From: a virus
Lineage: Duplodnaviria > Caudoviricetes
Strand: one strand, 5' to 3'
Virus record (IMG/VR): IMGVR_UViG_3300011442_000009
Coordinates: 1-64,000 of that record
DNA length: 64,000 bases
Made by a program: the position numbers and the translations under genes. Below the pieces are notes generated by a model. It was not told the origin of the DNA, made no database searches, and saw only the letters and a list, made by a program, of their open reading frames with translations. Every line of letters starts with the position of its first letter. Position 1 is the first letter of the stretch. Positions 1-8,950 of the stretch are shown piece after piece.

Positions 1-50
1 TAGGCGATACCCTACTGATTCACTAGAGTTACCAATCATGAGTAAGTCAC

Positions 51-905
51 TTAGGATGGTGGAGATTGAACTGTATCTGTCACGGACTGAGCTGCTAGTC
101 GTGCGGCCTCTTCAGCTCTGTTCTGCTTCCGCACTTCCTCCATGGCACGCGTGATGTTCATGTGCACTGCCGTGGCAGTTTTGTTCTCGTCTGGCTCGTC
201 TCCGCGCTCCCGGCGCTCAGTGGCAGTATCATTTAGAGCTGAGTAGGACATCGCGTGGCACTTCTCCATTGCGCTGGAAAGATCTGCGAACGCTCGCGTA
301 TTCAATTTCTTGCTGACGTTGCCCGCCTTGTCCACGGTTACGCTGCAAATCATTTCATCAAGCTCTTCGTCGCCCATGTTGATCAGCTTATTCATCACGC
401 GTTGCAGATGGTTACGCCATCGGTGGGCCTGAACAAAATTGACTGCGCGATTGATACCACGCTCGCCATCGCCGGGCCTCGAGCTGGTCTTGAGATCAAT
501 CAGAATCTTGATCTTGTCTCGCCAGCCTCCGATCAATGCCTTGGCCTCTACTGTGGCCTCGTCAAGATTGGCAGCCAATGCACAACGCTTCACATCGCCG
601 CAATAGATTGCGAAGAGCTGAAAAAGCTGCTCGTCATCAACGCGCTCCGGGGCTGCGACAACGTCCGGCATCATGCTAGCCTCGCGAGCTATCCCAGTCT
701 CTGGGTGCTCGAGTGCGATCTCGATTGCTTTGTCCACTGCGTTCTGCGCCATAAATTGAACTTCCTTCAAAACCTCGTCACGGAGCTTGGCCCCGAATTG
801 GTTGTGGCTATTGTTGACTGCGTCTCTCACATCACTCGGGAGAGAGGTGCTCACGTTGCGAACACGGAGCTTGTACGGGTCGCGTATCTGCGGCTTGCGA
901 GCCAT
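51..905 (-). CDS. hypothetical protein, possible terminase small subunit
   Basis: ORF 51..938; start moved to ATG 905 (MARKPQ), just after the stop of the small upstream ORF. HTH-like segment LFAIYCGDVKRCALAANLDEATVEAKALIGGW. Lies at the start of a late-promoter-driven minus-strand operon. Confidence 0.4.
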   Translation of the reverse strand: MARKPQIRDPYKLRVRNVSTSLPSDVRDAVNNSHNQFGAKLRDEVLKEVQFMAQNAVDKAIEIALEHPETGIAREASMMPDVVAAPERVDDEQLFQLFAIYCGDVKRCALAANLDEATVEAKALIGGWRDKIKILIDLKTSSRPGDGERGINRAVNFVQAHRWRNHLQRVMNKLINMGDEELDEMICSVTVDKAGNVSKKLNTRAFADLSSAMEKCHAMSYSALNDTATERRERGDEPDENKTATAVHMNITRAMEEVRKQNRAEEAARLAAQSVTDTVQSPPS

Positions 906-907
906 AG

Positions 908-1051
908 TTACTTGGTGGGTTTGTTCTTGGCCCACCATTCCGCTCGAGCTTGCACTCGGCTGTTCTTCGACGCCTCGCGAGCAAGCTTCTGGACGCCGGG
1001 CGGGCTCGACTTAAAAAGTGGGTTGATGTTGCTGTTCTGCTTCTTGCTCAC
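908..1051 (-). CDS. small basic hypothetical protein (47 aa, GTG start)
   Basis: C-terminal part of ORF 908..1228 (VSKKQNSNINPLFKSS...KPTK). The GTG lies 5 nt after a late-promoter motif and the stop abuts the next ATG. Confidence 0.5.
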   Translation of the reverse strand: MSKKQNSNINPLFKSSPPGVQKLAREASKNSRVQARAEWWAKNKPTK

Positions 1052-1056
1052 ACAGA

Positions 1057-1085
1057 ACAGTCGAAGACCAAAACCGTGAGCGCTA
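1057..1085 (-). promoter_or_regulatory. putative phage late promoter TAGCGC-N16-CGACTGT
   Basis: Member of a spacing-conserved motif family with eight minus-strand copies. Confidence 0.6.
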
Positions 1086-1129
1086 CTGAATCTCACGGAC
1101 CGGCGGACCATGGCACTTCGTTTGGTCGG

Positions 1130-1176
1130 GGCTCTGAGAAACGAAAACGTGTTGGCTCTAGGGAACGAAAACGTGT
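1130..1176. repeat. tandem 23-bp direct repeat (period 24) in the divergent intergenic region
   Basis: ggctctgagaaacgaaaacgtgt / ggctctagggaacgaaaacgtgt, 20/23 identical. Confidence 0.8.
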
Positions 1177-1485
1177 CAGGTCCAATCGAACCGGCGAACC
1201 GACTGACCGGCGCACCACGATCCCTCATATTTCGTGCAAGTCGACCATTTCTTTACGGGCATCTTCCACCGGATACGATAGGCCAGCTCTACACTCCTGA
1301 TTATACCATGCACTACACATAACAACTATAATAAGTACTCGCACACTTCTGTGATGGTAAGTAAATAGTATAAACACAGTGGTGCTCAATTCTAATCGTA
1401 TTCAGGAGAGTATGCTGGGATAAAAATGGTCGAGTTGATGTAGAAAGTGTTGCTGACGCCTCGGGGATTGTGCGACTGTATCGGC

Positions 1486-2634
1486 ATGAGTAATACACAA
1501 AAACCAGCAGCTCTGACTGCTGAAGAAGCACAGAAACAAGCTCACGATGCCCTCCTTGGCGGAACTGAGCCCTTTAACGATGGGGAGACACCTGAGCGCA
1601 TCGCAGCTCGCAATCAGCGTGTCGCCGAATACATGGCAAAGAAAAACAGACAGCTCACGCAGCAGCAAGAGCGTGCAGCGTTGGTCGCCAGAACGCCGAT
1701 ATTGCGGATAGCCAAAGCGATTAGCGAATACCAGTTCTGGACTCAGCCCACCGAGGCCGAGATCAAAAGGTCGTACATTTTTAAGAGGTTCGACGACGTG
1801 CCGCGGCGGGATCCTGCGGGCAATCCAATGCTCGATGAGAACAAAGAGCCGGTGATGTATAACCCGGGGAAGGAAGCGCGGAAAGGATTCAACGTGGCGC
1901 TCATGCGCTACTGGCGCGCGCAGTTCTACGCCGGACGCGAAATGAACGTGCTGTGCACGCGGAGACTTTTCGACACCGTCGCGGTGGCCCGCATCGTGGA
2001 TCTCGCACGCTACATCTTTTGGAAGTACCGCAAGCCGGGCTGCCTCGGCATCGAGATATCAGATGCAGACCTGAACTTTTCGTTGCAGCGTGTCCAGAGT
2101 GACTTTGTGAGCGAAGAGGGCTTGGTGGGCCTATTGAATCAGTTCCGAGATGACCTGCTCGCACGAGGAATCTTTTCGGAGGATCCTACGAAGTATCTAG
2201 CGCCCGCCACTCGTGACCGCAAGAAAAGGTATTTTCAATCGACATCTCTCATGGCTGAAATGAAAGCTCTGAGAGCGAAGGTCGAGGAGTATACTGCACC
2301 GGCGAATCTCGCACCGGCGGTCGCCAAGCTCGATGAAGACCTGAAGGCGGCAGTGTCTCATTACACCACTGCGCACGGGGTCACAATCAACGCACTGAAT
2401 GAGCTGCAGAAAAAAGAGGAAGCGGACGCGAAGGCCGTCGTGTTCCTCACTAACACTGTGCTGCGACTTCTTACGCGCGTCGAAGAGCTCGAACGAAGGC
2501 CATCGCCAATGTTCATTCCTCCTGCTCCAATACTCGAGCCGGGTTACACTCCGCATTACCCGGCTCCGGGCTGGGAGACCACCTGTGAAAATAAATCAGA
2601 AAGTGTTGCTGAGAATCCGCCGAGTGTGCAATAG
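1486..2634 (+). CDS. hypothetical protein with C-terminal coiled coil
   Basis: Long ORF 1447..2634. ATG 1486 (MSNTQK) lies 6 nt after CGACTGT. Confidence 0.75.
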   Translation: MSNTQKPAALTAEEAQKQAHDALLGGTEPFNDGETPERIAARNQRVAEYMAKKNRQLTQQQERAALVARTPILRIAKAISEYQFWTQPTEAEIKRSYIFKRFDDVPRRDPAGNPMLDENKEPVMYNPGKEARKGFNVALMRYWRAQFYAGREMNVLCTRRLFDTVAVARIVDLARYIFWKYRKPGCLGIEISDADLNFSLQRVQSDFVSEEGLVGLLNQFRDDLLARGIFSEDPTKYLAPATRDRKKRYFQSTSLMAEMKALRAKVEEYTAPANLAPAVAKLDEDLKAAVSHYTTAHGVTINALNELQKKEEADAKAVVFLTNTVLRLLTRVEELERRPSPMFIPPAPILEPGYTPHYPAPGWETTCENKSESVAENPPSVQ

Positions 2635-2673
2635 TGCAAACTACGATAGGAACAACTGACAGAAAAAACTAAT

Positions 2674-3111
2674 ATGCAAAAACCGCTAGAATTAGAAAAG
2701 GGCAAGCAGATCATCGATTCAATCGACAGGCTTGCACAACTGCAGAGCATGAAGGATAAAACTCCTAACGATGCCGCGGAAGCAAACGGTCTCGTGGAGT
2801 TTTTGAAGAACGCTCTCTTCGAGCACGCAGCAAACCTCATGGGATGCTGGTATGCCGTCCGCACTGAGTATGAGCCACTGTGCAACGCTTTCGCTCATAT
2901 CGCCAGCCGAGCGGACAGCATCAACAGGCAGAAGGCCGCTATCGAGCGGAAGGTGCGTGGACAGGTCGAAGAGGCCGCAGCGCCGGTGATTACTGAGGGG
3001 GAGTTGCCTCCAGCGGATCCCATGGCCCCGGTAGCGGGGGAATCAAATCTGATTGCACCAGAAGGTGCGCCGATGATTCTCACGCCACAGTTCCGCAAAG
3101 GAAAGAAATAA
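2674..3111 (+). CDS. hypothetical protein
   Basis: 145-aa ORF with AT-rich start context; fits operon packing. Confidence 0.75.
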   Translation: MQKPLELEKGKQIIDSIDRLAQLQSMKDKTPNDAAEANGLVEFLKNALFEHAANLMGCWYAVRTEYEPLCNAFAHIASRADSINRQKAAIERKVRGQVEEAAAPVITEGELPPADPMAPVAGESNLIAPEGAPMILTPQFRKGKK

Positions 3112-3157
3112 TAGAACGCATCGCCGGAGGAGACTAACGGCGGCGCTAATCTTCAAA

Positions 3158-3247
3158 ATGGAAACTCAACTATGGATCGTGGCTTTCCCGTTGGTCGCAC
3201 TTTTTCTGGTGTTGGTCATCGGGGACATGATTAGGAGAGGCCGATAG
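3158..3247 (+). CDS. 29-aa single-pass membrane peptide
   Basis: Read manually: METQLWIVAFPLVALFLVLVIGDMIRRGR*. The stop is 2 nt before the next ATG. Confidence 0.5.
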   Translation: METQLWIVAFPLVALFLVLVIGDMIRRGR

Positions 3248-3249
3248 AA

Positions 3250-3813
3250 ATGATCACACCAGATGCCATCAAAGCCGAAGTCAGAGACACCCACGGCGTC
3301 CCGGGGATGCCCGCGGTTCTCCGAACGGTGATCGCAAGCATTCAGATTCAGTGCGTCGCGCAACTTGGGTATCCCGGAAGATGCGGCCTCGTTGAAGAGG
3401 ATTACGCCAAGGACAATTGTGCACGCCATATCTGGCATCAACTATACGGCGACCTCGACAAGGAGCTCTGCATCCTTTCGGACTACGTTTACTTCAACGC
3501 CGGACCGCAGCTCGATTACGGCGCTTTTTACGATCTCATTTCAAACCTCCGGAACAAAATCAGTTTCACATACCAACAAAAATTATGCCATCAAAAAAAT
3601 CAGCAGCTCGCAACACTCGAAACCTTTTCGACACGTCACACGGTGCCGGTAAAGGATCAAAACCTCGACCAGTGCAGCAGCCTGCCTATCGCGACAACTA
3701 TGACGCCATCGACTGGGGCCGCAGTGACAAACGAGGAAGCAGAGTCGTCCTCTTCCCCGGCTTCGACAACTTCGATAAATTCGGAGCCCGAGGCGTCTGA
3801 AGAAAAAAAGTAG
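3250..3813 (+). CDS. hypothetical protein (C-terminus overlaps the next gene)
   Basis: 187-aa ORF whose last ~76 codons are Ser/Thr-rich and overprint 3585..3800. Confidence 0.55.
   Translation: MITPDAIKAEVRDTHGVPGMPAVLRTVIASIQIQCVAQLGYPGRCGLVEEDYAKDNCARHIWHQLYGDLDKELCILSDYVYFNAGPQLDYGAFYDLISNLRNKISFTYQQKLCHQKNQQLATLETFSTRHTVPVKDQNLDQCSSLPIATTMTPSTGAAVTNEEAESSSSPASTTSINSEPEASEEKK
3585..3800 (+). CDS. small conserved phage protein (GKGSKPRP...YRDNYDAIDW motif)
   Basis: Internal ATG of ORF 3417..3800 with AAAAATT context. The motif is recalled from many small phage proteins. Confidence 0.6.
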   Translation: MPSKKSAARNTRNLFDTSHGAGKGSKPRPVQQPAYRDNYDAIDWGRSDKRGSRVVLFPGFDNFDKFGARGV

Positions 3814-3842
3814 TTGTGCAATTCAATAAACTCTGATATCCT
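3814..3842 (+). promoter_or_regulatory. putative host sigma70-type promoter TTGTGC-N17-TATCCT
   Basis: 17-nt spacing; preceded by AAAAGTAG as at 8917 and 29374; 9 nt before ATG 3852. Confidence 0.45.
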
Positions 3843-3851
3843 CTTTTCAAT

Positions 3852-4412
3852 ATGAAAAATCTACTGTCAAAATTAATCGGCCAAAAACAACCAATCGTAA
3901 CCTCACCCATGGTCAGCCGTGCTGAGCGCCGTCGCAAAACGGTGCACGCATCTAAGATTGCCCAGAACGTCGGAGTCGAAGAGCGCGACGGCATACCTAT
4001 CGAGGTTGCCAACTCGATGCTTTTCACTCCGGGCACGAAACTCACAAACGCGATGCGGAAGAACTGCCTCGCTGCTCGTGAGACTGTGTATATCTCCACG
4101 CTGGAAGGCAAGGAGTATAAGATCCGTCTCGCGGAGCGCGCACGGAAGGCGTCCGCAGCGCAGTTGGTTAAATGGGCTCGCCGCGTTGTGGTAGAGAGGG
4201 CCAAGGTCACCCGCGACTATATGAAGCTCTCCATCAAAAAGTCGCAGCTGGACCCTCTCAAGCTGCACGATATCGCCAAGGCGAACCGCGTGCTGGCGAT
4301 TATGGATGTCAATGCGCAGCAGCTCGACCTGCAAATGGCCAGCTACCGCACCGAAGCTGAGCGCCGCTTACTGTTCGTCGGCACACTTTTCGAACCAGTC
4401 GCGAGGGACTAA
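3852..4412 (+). CDS. hypothetical protein
   Basis: 186-aa basic ORF after a promoter-like site. Confidence 0.75.
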   Translation: MKNLLSKLIGQKQPIVTSPMVSRAERRRKTVHASKIAQNVGVEERDGIPIEVANSMLFTPGTKLTNAMRKNCLAARETVYISTLEGKEYKIRLAERARKASAAQLVKWARRVVVERAKVTRDYMKLSIKKSQLDPLKLHDIAKANRVLAIMDVNAQQLDLQMASYRTEAERRLLFVGTLFEPVARD

Positions 4413-4416
4413 TCTT

Positions 4417-4629
4417 ATGTCTAGAGACACTGAAGATAAAGATTTTTACCCGCGCCGGGTGATGATTAACCGTTCGGTAGCCGACCAGAAACATGCGGAT
4501 ATGGTAGAAAAGTTCGTTGTGGCCGCTATCGTTCGCCACGGCTTGGTTACGCTCGATGATACCGGCATCGCCTTTGCGATGGAAGCCGCCACGAAGGTGA
4601 TCAACGCAAACTACATCGTGAGGTTCTGA
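4417..4629 (+). CDS. hypothetical protein
   Basis: Internal ATG (MSRDTEDK) 4 nt after the previous stop. Confidence 0.6.
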   Translation: MSRDTEDKDFYPRRVMINRSVADQKHADMVEKFVVAAIVRHGLVTLDDTGIAFAMEAATKVINANYIVRF

Positions 4630-4916
4630 TGTTGCACACTACTGAAATAGCCGGAGGCCCCGACTTAAAAAGTCAGGTCACCCTCGAAGTGCTGAGGCCG
4701 GGCACCGATGTATTCTTCCTCGAAGACAACCAGATCTTTGAAGGAGAAATCCAACAGGTTCAGATGGACGTTACCAAGGATCACAATCGCACTCTTTTCT
4801 ACACGTGCTCGTATCGCATCAAGTATCGCCGCCTCGACGCACACGGGTATACTGAAGCAACGGTGCCTCACCAGCGCGTGGAAAGAACCAAGGCTGCACT
4901 ACTCGCAACACTATGA
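4629..4916 (+). CDS. hypothetical protein (SH3-like beta pattern)
   Basis: 95-aa ORF with TGATG overlap with the previous gene. Confidence 0.65.
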   Translation: MLHTTEIAGGPDLKSQVTLEVLRPGTDVFFLEDNQIFEGEIQQVQMDVTKDHNRTLFYTCSYRIKYRRLDAHGYTEATVPHQRVERTKAALLATL

Positions 4917-5152
4917 GCCAATACTCAGCACCGCAAGACCAGCTCGAGCAGATCATTAAGCAGGCGCTGAAGATCGAGACCGAGCGAGCCATACAAAACG
5001 CGATCACCGCAGCCCAGAAAGAGGTTGAGAAAAAGATTCGGGAGGCTACCGCGTCCATCGTGGCGCAAGTCCAGACCCGCATGTCTTTCGAACGCTTCGG
5101 GCACGAGCTCGTCATCCGAGTCAACTTCGACAACACCCAAAAAACCTCATGA
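4913..5152 (+). CDS. hypothetical coiled-coil protein
   Basis: 79 aa with ATGA overlaps on both sides. Confidence 0.65.
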   Translation: MSQYSAPQDQLEQIIKQALKIETERAIQNAITAAQKEVEKKIREATASIVAQVQTRMSFERFGHELVIRVNFDNTQKTS

Positions 5153-5451
5153 AGAAACCGCGAGATCACAACGCTCAGCGCTGGGGTTATCTCGATGCAA
5201 TTGAACGCGCTGGAAACCTCGATTGCGATACGACTCTCAATCGATTAACTGAACAGCAACGCAAACCGATAACAGAACTGAATACCTATGGAAGAGCTGA
5301 CACCGACGCCGCTGAAGCGGCCTTTAACAACGACCAACAACGACGCCGCAGTGCTGCGTGCGCTCGTTACGGATATCAATGCGCGGCTTCCCGGAGCTGG
5401 GGTGCAGCCCGTGGCCCCGGTGCTAACGCCGGAGCAGAAGGCGCAAAGTGA
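5149..5451 (+). CDS. hypothetical protein
   Basis: ATGA-coupled start; the 3' half overlaps the 5288 gene. Confidence 0.4.
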   Translation: MKKPRDHNAQRWGYLDAIERAGNLDCDTTLNRLTEQQRKPITELNTYGRADTDAAEAAFNNDQQRRRSAACARYGYQCAASRSWGAARGPGANAGAEGAK

Positions 5452-6280
5452 AAGCGTGCTCGCTACCGAGTTTGCTAAGGCGGAGTCCGTCGAAAACATT
5501 CCAGTCGAAGCTCAACGCGCGGCGTCCTCTCGGCGCAATAATGTGCAGACTAATGCGACGCCGCAAGTTCCCGAAACTGGACCCGCTACAACGCCGGATA
5601 TGGTATTGCAAGCGCCTAATACTCCGGTAGCGAGGCCCGCAAGGCTTTTCGTGACTGGGCATCCCGGCGCAATCGACAGGCTCGTGAAGCTGGACGTGCC
5701 CGGCACACGTGTCGTGAGTCTCAGCGTCACCGCACTCGAGATCTTGAAAGATCTGTGCTTCCTAAAAGGAACGCCACCGGCGAAGGTGATCTCGGAATTC
5801 CGCAAGTTCGGAGACGGGGAATTCGAGCCCACTCTCGAGAAGCTTTTGTCCCTCGGCCGGATTCGGACGAGCTGGGTGGGTTTCGCATCACCCGGGTTCT
5901 GGGCTCAGTGCGTTCTGGACGCAACGCCGGACAACACGGAGGACCAGCTCATTGTGGTTGGCGTCCGCACCTCTGTGGAATTCAAAGCGCTGCAGGCCGC
6001 GGGCTTCAAGCACTTCCACGTAATGGCGACCCCCGGAACGGCGCAGCGCCGCACTCCCACCGGCTACAACGGAGAGCTCTCAGCTCTCTCACAGGCCCTT
6101 GATAGTAGCACACACAAGCAGATCTCCGCACAAAGGAATGGACAGCGTTTAAACGTAGTCTGGAATGATGATTCCAATCCGCCGTCCGGGAGATTCATTT
6201 CAGCAGCGCAGTTCCAAAAAGAAGTTTTGGGCCGCGAGGAAACTGTGGTAGAGTCAGATAACGTCAGTCAAATATTATAA
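5288..6280 (+). CDS. dNMP-kinase-like protein with degenerate P-loop
   Basis: FWAQCVL...LIVVGVRTSVEFKALQAAGFKHFHV resembles phage deoxynucleoside monophosphate kinases (FWV...VISDVRFPNE..AI). The Walker A position reads VTGHPGAIDR, with no GK[ST]. Confidence 0.5.
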   Translation: MEELTPTPLKRPLTTTNNDAAVLRALVTDINARLPGAGVQPVAPVLTPEQKAQSESVLATEFAKAESVENIPVEAQRAASSRRNNVQTNATPQVPETGPATTPDMVLQAPNTPVARPARLFVTGHPGAIDRLVKLDVPGTRVVSLSVTALEILKDLCFLKGTPPAKVISEFRKFGDGEFEPTLEKLLSLGRIRTSWVGFASPGFWAQCVLDATPDNTEDQLIVVGVRTSVEFKALQAAGFKHFHVMATPGTAQRRTPTGYNGELSALSQALDSSTHKQISAQRNGQRLNVVWNDDSNPPSGRFISAAQFQKEVLGREETVVESDNVSQIL

Positions 6281-6283
6281 GCT

Positions 6284-6847
6284 ATGAGTGATATGGATAA
6301 AGCAATCAAACAACTTAGTGAAGAAGCGCTCGCGATAGCCGGGAAAGCCGGGCACAAGAAATCGATTTTAGACGGTTGCCCGCCGTTTCACAAAAAGGTT
6401 TTGGAGACCTGCCTCGGTGTGGAAACGCCAAAGCCGAAGATCGATCTCGACCTGCCCATACAGTGCGTGTCGAATCCATCGCGACACGTTCGGCTGCTCA
6501 CGAAGCAGATAAATTTGGACGGCCACAACGCGGCGTTGATCTCAGTGGTGCACGACCACCTCGAGCTGGAGGGTCTCTACTTGCTGGACCCGGTTACCGG
6601 CGCCGGTCGGGGGGTTCGCACTAGCTACGCTGCGGAGTTTCAGAATATACCCGAGATCAAGGAGAGCGTCCAGTATATCAACTATTACGGAAACGGGCGC
6701 GCGCAGGAGGACGTGTTCGAGAGCTTCGACACTCTCGACGACGCGGACCAGAGCAACATTTTCTATTCTCGGGATTGTTGTATCCGGCTCGTCGTGAAGA
6801 ACACCAACGGAGTGTTTTCCGCCAGCGCCGAAGTCATGTTTCAATAA
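6284..6847 (+). CDS. hypothetical protein
   Basis: 187-aa ORF with tight packing. Confidence 0.7.
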   Translation: MSDMDKAIKQLSEEALAIAGKAGHKKSILDGCPPFHKKVLETCLGVETPKPKIDLDLPIQCVSNPSRHVRLLTKQINLDGHNAALISVVHDHLELEGLYLLDPVTGAGRGVRTSYAAEFQNIPEIKESVQYINYYGNGRAQEDVFESFDTLDDADQSNIFYSRDCCIRLVVKNTNGVFSASAEVMFQ

Positions 6848-6851
6848 AGCT

Positions 6852-7238
6852 ATGCCTCTCGATTTATCTAAACCGATTCGTGCGGCGGGCTGGCCCGATA
6901 AAGTGGCGTGGATATACCACGCATGCGGTCACTCCCTAGTGTTTGCTATGGAAAGCCCGAACCCGGGTGAATCTCTCCGGGTGTTTTTCGTCGACCCGAA
7001 CACTGGACAAGGGCAGCTCGCCAATTGTCCCGCGGGGGTCGTCCAGTTCGAGAATGTCCCGCAGCCGATTGAGGCGGCTCCGTTCTTCGTGAACATCTAC
7101 CCCTCGGGGCCTGTTGGTCAATGGGACACTCTTTCGCAAGCTAACAGATCCGCCGGTGCGAGTCGTGTTGCGTGCGCTAAGATAAAGCTGACAGTAACAC
7201 CGGAGGGAGCAGTCCTCGCAACCGTGGAGAAAGTATGA
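6852..7238 (+). CDS. hypothetical protein, paralog of 7235..7639
   Basis: Shared blocks KPI, FxVDxxTG, QFEN..PIE...F(V/L)NIY, (K/R)xKL. Confidence 0.7.
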   Translation: MPLDLSKPIRAAGWPDKVAWIYHACGHSLVFAMESPNPGESLRVFFVDPNTGQGQLANCPAGVVQFENVPQPIEAAPFFVNIYPSGPVGQWDTLSQANRSAGASRVACAKIKLTVTPEGAVLATVEKV

Positions 7239-7639
7239 TCAACTGGGCAAAGCCAATTCTGATTAACGGGCTCCATGAGACTTTCAAACTCACAGGAACC
7301 CTCAACGGAAAACAGCTCGTCGTCACCACTGCCGGGCCGCAGGCAATTCAGACGCTGTTCCTCGTCGACAACGATACTGGGGAGTCTATCCGGATGTCCC
7401 CACTGAACGCGTATGACCCAATCCGCGGGCCGCAGTTCGAGAACGAACACAAGCCTATCGAGTTTGAGCATTTCTTGAACATCTATGAAGACAGCCACGT
7501 GGCCTATCACACCACTGAAGCCAGCGCCGAGGCGGGCACGCGCATCGCGGGTCATCTCAGGGCGCGTGTGAAGCTGAGCATACACGTGTCCGGGAACGGT
7601 TCTGTCACCGGGTCAATCCTCAACTGCACAGCACAATGA
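7235..7639 (+). CDS. hypothetical protein, paralog of 6852..7238
   Basis: Same shared blocks as 6852..7238; ATGA overlap. Confidence 0.7.
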   Translation: MINWAKPILINGLHETFKLTGTLNGKQLVVTTAGPQAIQTLFLVDNDTGESIRMSPLNAYDPIRGPQFENEHKPIEFEHFLNIYEDSHVAYHTTEASAEAGTRIAGHLRARVKLSIHVSGNGSVTGSILNCTAQ

Positions 7640-8034
7640 AAAAGCACAAAATTACCAGCGACGAAGCAGATACCACCTTGCGCGGCGAACCGTGGCCGAA
7701 GGCGACACCCGAAGCAATTGTGGAACGCCACCGCGCCATTGCGCTGCCGCCGGGAGTCCCTACCCCGGACACCAACTCACCCACGTGGGCATTCGTTTTC
7801 GCGTTCGCGTGCGTGATGGAATACAAGCTCTCCCAGAACCGGAAGAAGGGGGATTCCGCGGGCTGGCGGAAATTAGGAGCTGCGAAGCTTCAGGATCGTC
7901 TTGATGACGAGATTGAAGAGCTTGACGCCGCACTCTGGGATGGTGTAACGCCGGACAAGCGTGACGTTTTGCTCGAAGCCGCTGATGTAGCTAACTTCGC
8001 CCTCATGATAGCCGACAGTGTCCAACAACGGTGA
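7636..8034 (+). CDS. MazG-like nucleotide pyrophosphohydrolase
   Basis: RLDDEIEELDAAL...LLEAADVANFALMIAD matches the EExxEL...ExxDV MazG-fold metal-binding pattern. Confidence 0.7.
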   Translation: MKKHKITSDEADTTLRGEPWPKATPEAIVERHRAIALPPGVPTPDTNSPTWAFVFAFACVMEYKLSQNRKKGDSAGWRKLGAAKLQDRLDDEIEELDAALWDGVTPDKRDVLLEAADVANFALMIADSVQQR

Positions 8035-8495
8035 AGATCTGCTGCACATGCCAGTTGCCCAAAGCTCCCAAAGAGTTTTGTAAAAATTCCGCGCACCCGG
8101 ACGGCGTCAACAAGCAGTGCAGAAGCTGCGCGAGGGAGTCCGGGAAAAAGGTAAGGCTAGCGGACCGGCTTGACGCTCTGATTCACTACGGGGGAAACCC
8201 ACCGGCGTGCGCCTGTTGCGGGGAAAGCAAGTGGGAATTCCTTTCGTTCGATCACGAGGCGGGCGGCGGAAAGGCCCACCTATCAAGCATCGGCTACAAC
8301 ATAGTGCGATGGTTCAAGGCGAACAGGTATCCGAAAGGTTTTCGGGTTCTCTGTCACAATTGCAATTTCGCATTGGGACATTACGGGTACTGCCCGCATA
8401 AGCGGGTATCCGATATGTTCACCAGAGCTCGCGCCCACTCGAGGAAGCGCGGAGGAGACCGTAAAAGTTATGAAACAAAAACAGCTAGACTTTAA
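8031..8495 (+). CDS. HNH endonuclease with zinc fingers
   Basis: CxxC motifs plus CACCGE..EFLSFDH...FRVLCHNCNFALGHYGYCPH. Confidence 0.8.
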   Translation: MKICCTCQLPKAPKEFCKNSAHPDGVNKQCRSCARESGKKVRLADRLDALIHYGGNPPACACCGESKWEFLSFDHEAGGGKAHLSSIGYNIVRWFKANRYPKGFRVLCHNCNFALGHYGYCPHKRVSDMFTRARAHSRKRGGDRKSYETKTARL

Positions 8496-8625
8496 TGCGC
8501 TGGTGCTCCGGCTGCTCGTAGCAATACTCCGGCACATCGCCGGGAACGTGACCACGAGCCACCAAGAGGAGCGCTGTATGAACCGCGCTCTGGATCTGGC
8601 TGACGACTTTGAAGATCGTAGGTGA
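8470..8625 (+). CDS. small hypothetical protein (51 aa)
   Basis: Read manually: MKQKQLDFNALVLRLLVAILRHIAG...DRR*. Confidence 0.45.
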   Translation: MKQKQLDFNALVLRLLVAILRHIAGNVTTSHQEERCMNRALDLADDFEDRR

Positions 8626-8722
8626 TGCGAGCGCCAACGTGCCCGGCTCTCCTCCGGGCGGAAGCGCAGGGCTTAAAGTTTTCTCCCTCGCTCGCTCGCG
8701 TCACCGTTTCCCTTAAAAATAT

Positions 8723-8920
8723 ATGACCAAGTGTGGGTGCCCAAAATGCGGTGGACAAGACTGCGAAGTTGTGCAGGATGAGATCGACATCGGCGTCGGC
8801 GTTCAGATCTGCATTCGTGGTTTCGAATGCACGAATTGCGGGCAGATCAGTCTGTGCATGGAATGCGGCCAGCCGGACTTCAAAGACCACGCAAAATGGT
8901 GCTCGCAAAAAAGTAGTTGA
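8723..8920 (+). CDS. small zinc-finger protein
   Basis: CPKC, CTNC, CMEC and HAKWC motifs. Confidence 0.7.
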   Translation: MTKCGCPKCGGQDCEVVQDEIDIGVGVQICIRGFECTNCGQISLCMECGQPDFKDHAKWCSQKSS

Positions 8921-8945
8921 GTGAAGCTCTGGGGCATGCTACATT
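8917..8945 (+). promoter_or_regulatory. putative sigma70-type promoter TTGAGT-N17-TACATT (leaderless gene follows)
   Basis: 17-nt spacing; ATG 8951 lies 5 nt downstream. Confidence 0.5.
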
Positions 8946-8950
8946 CGGGT

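Noticed and set aside
1-39. Start of the large terminase gene (open minus-strand frame MIGNSSESVGYRL at the window edge)
   Set aside because: Only 13 codons are visible, with no diagnostic motif.
1007-4673. 13-bp match CGACTTAAAAAGT at 1007 and 4661
   Set aside because: Both copies lie inside coding regions on different strands with no shared context; consistent with chance in 64 kb.
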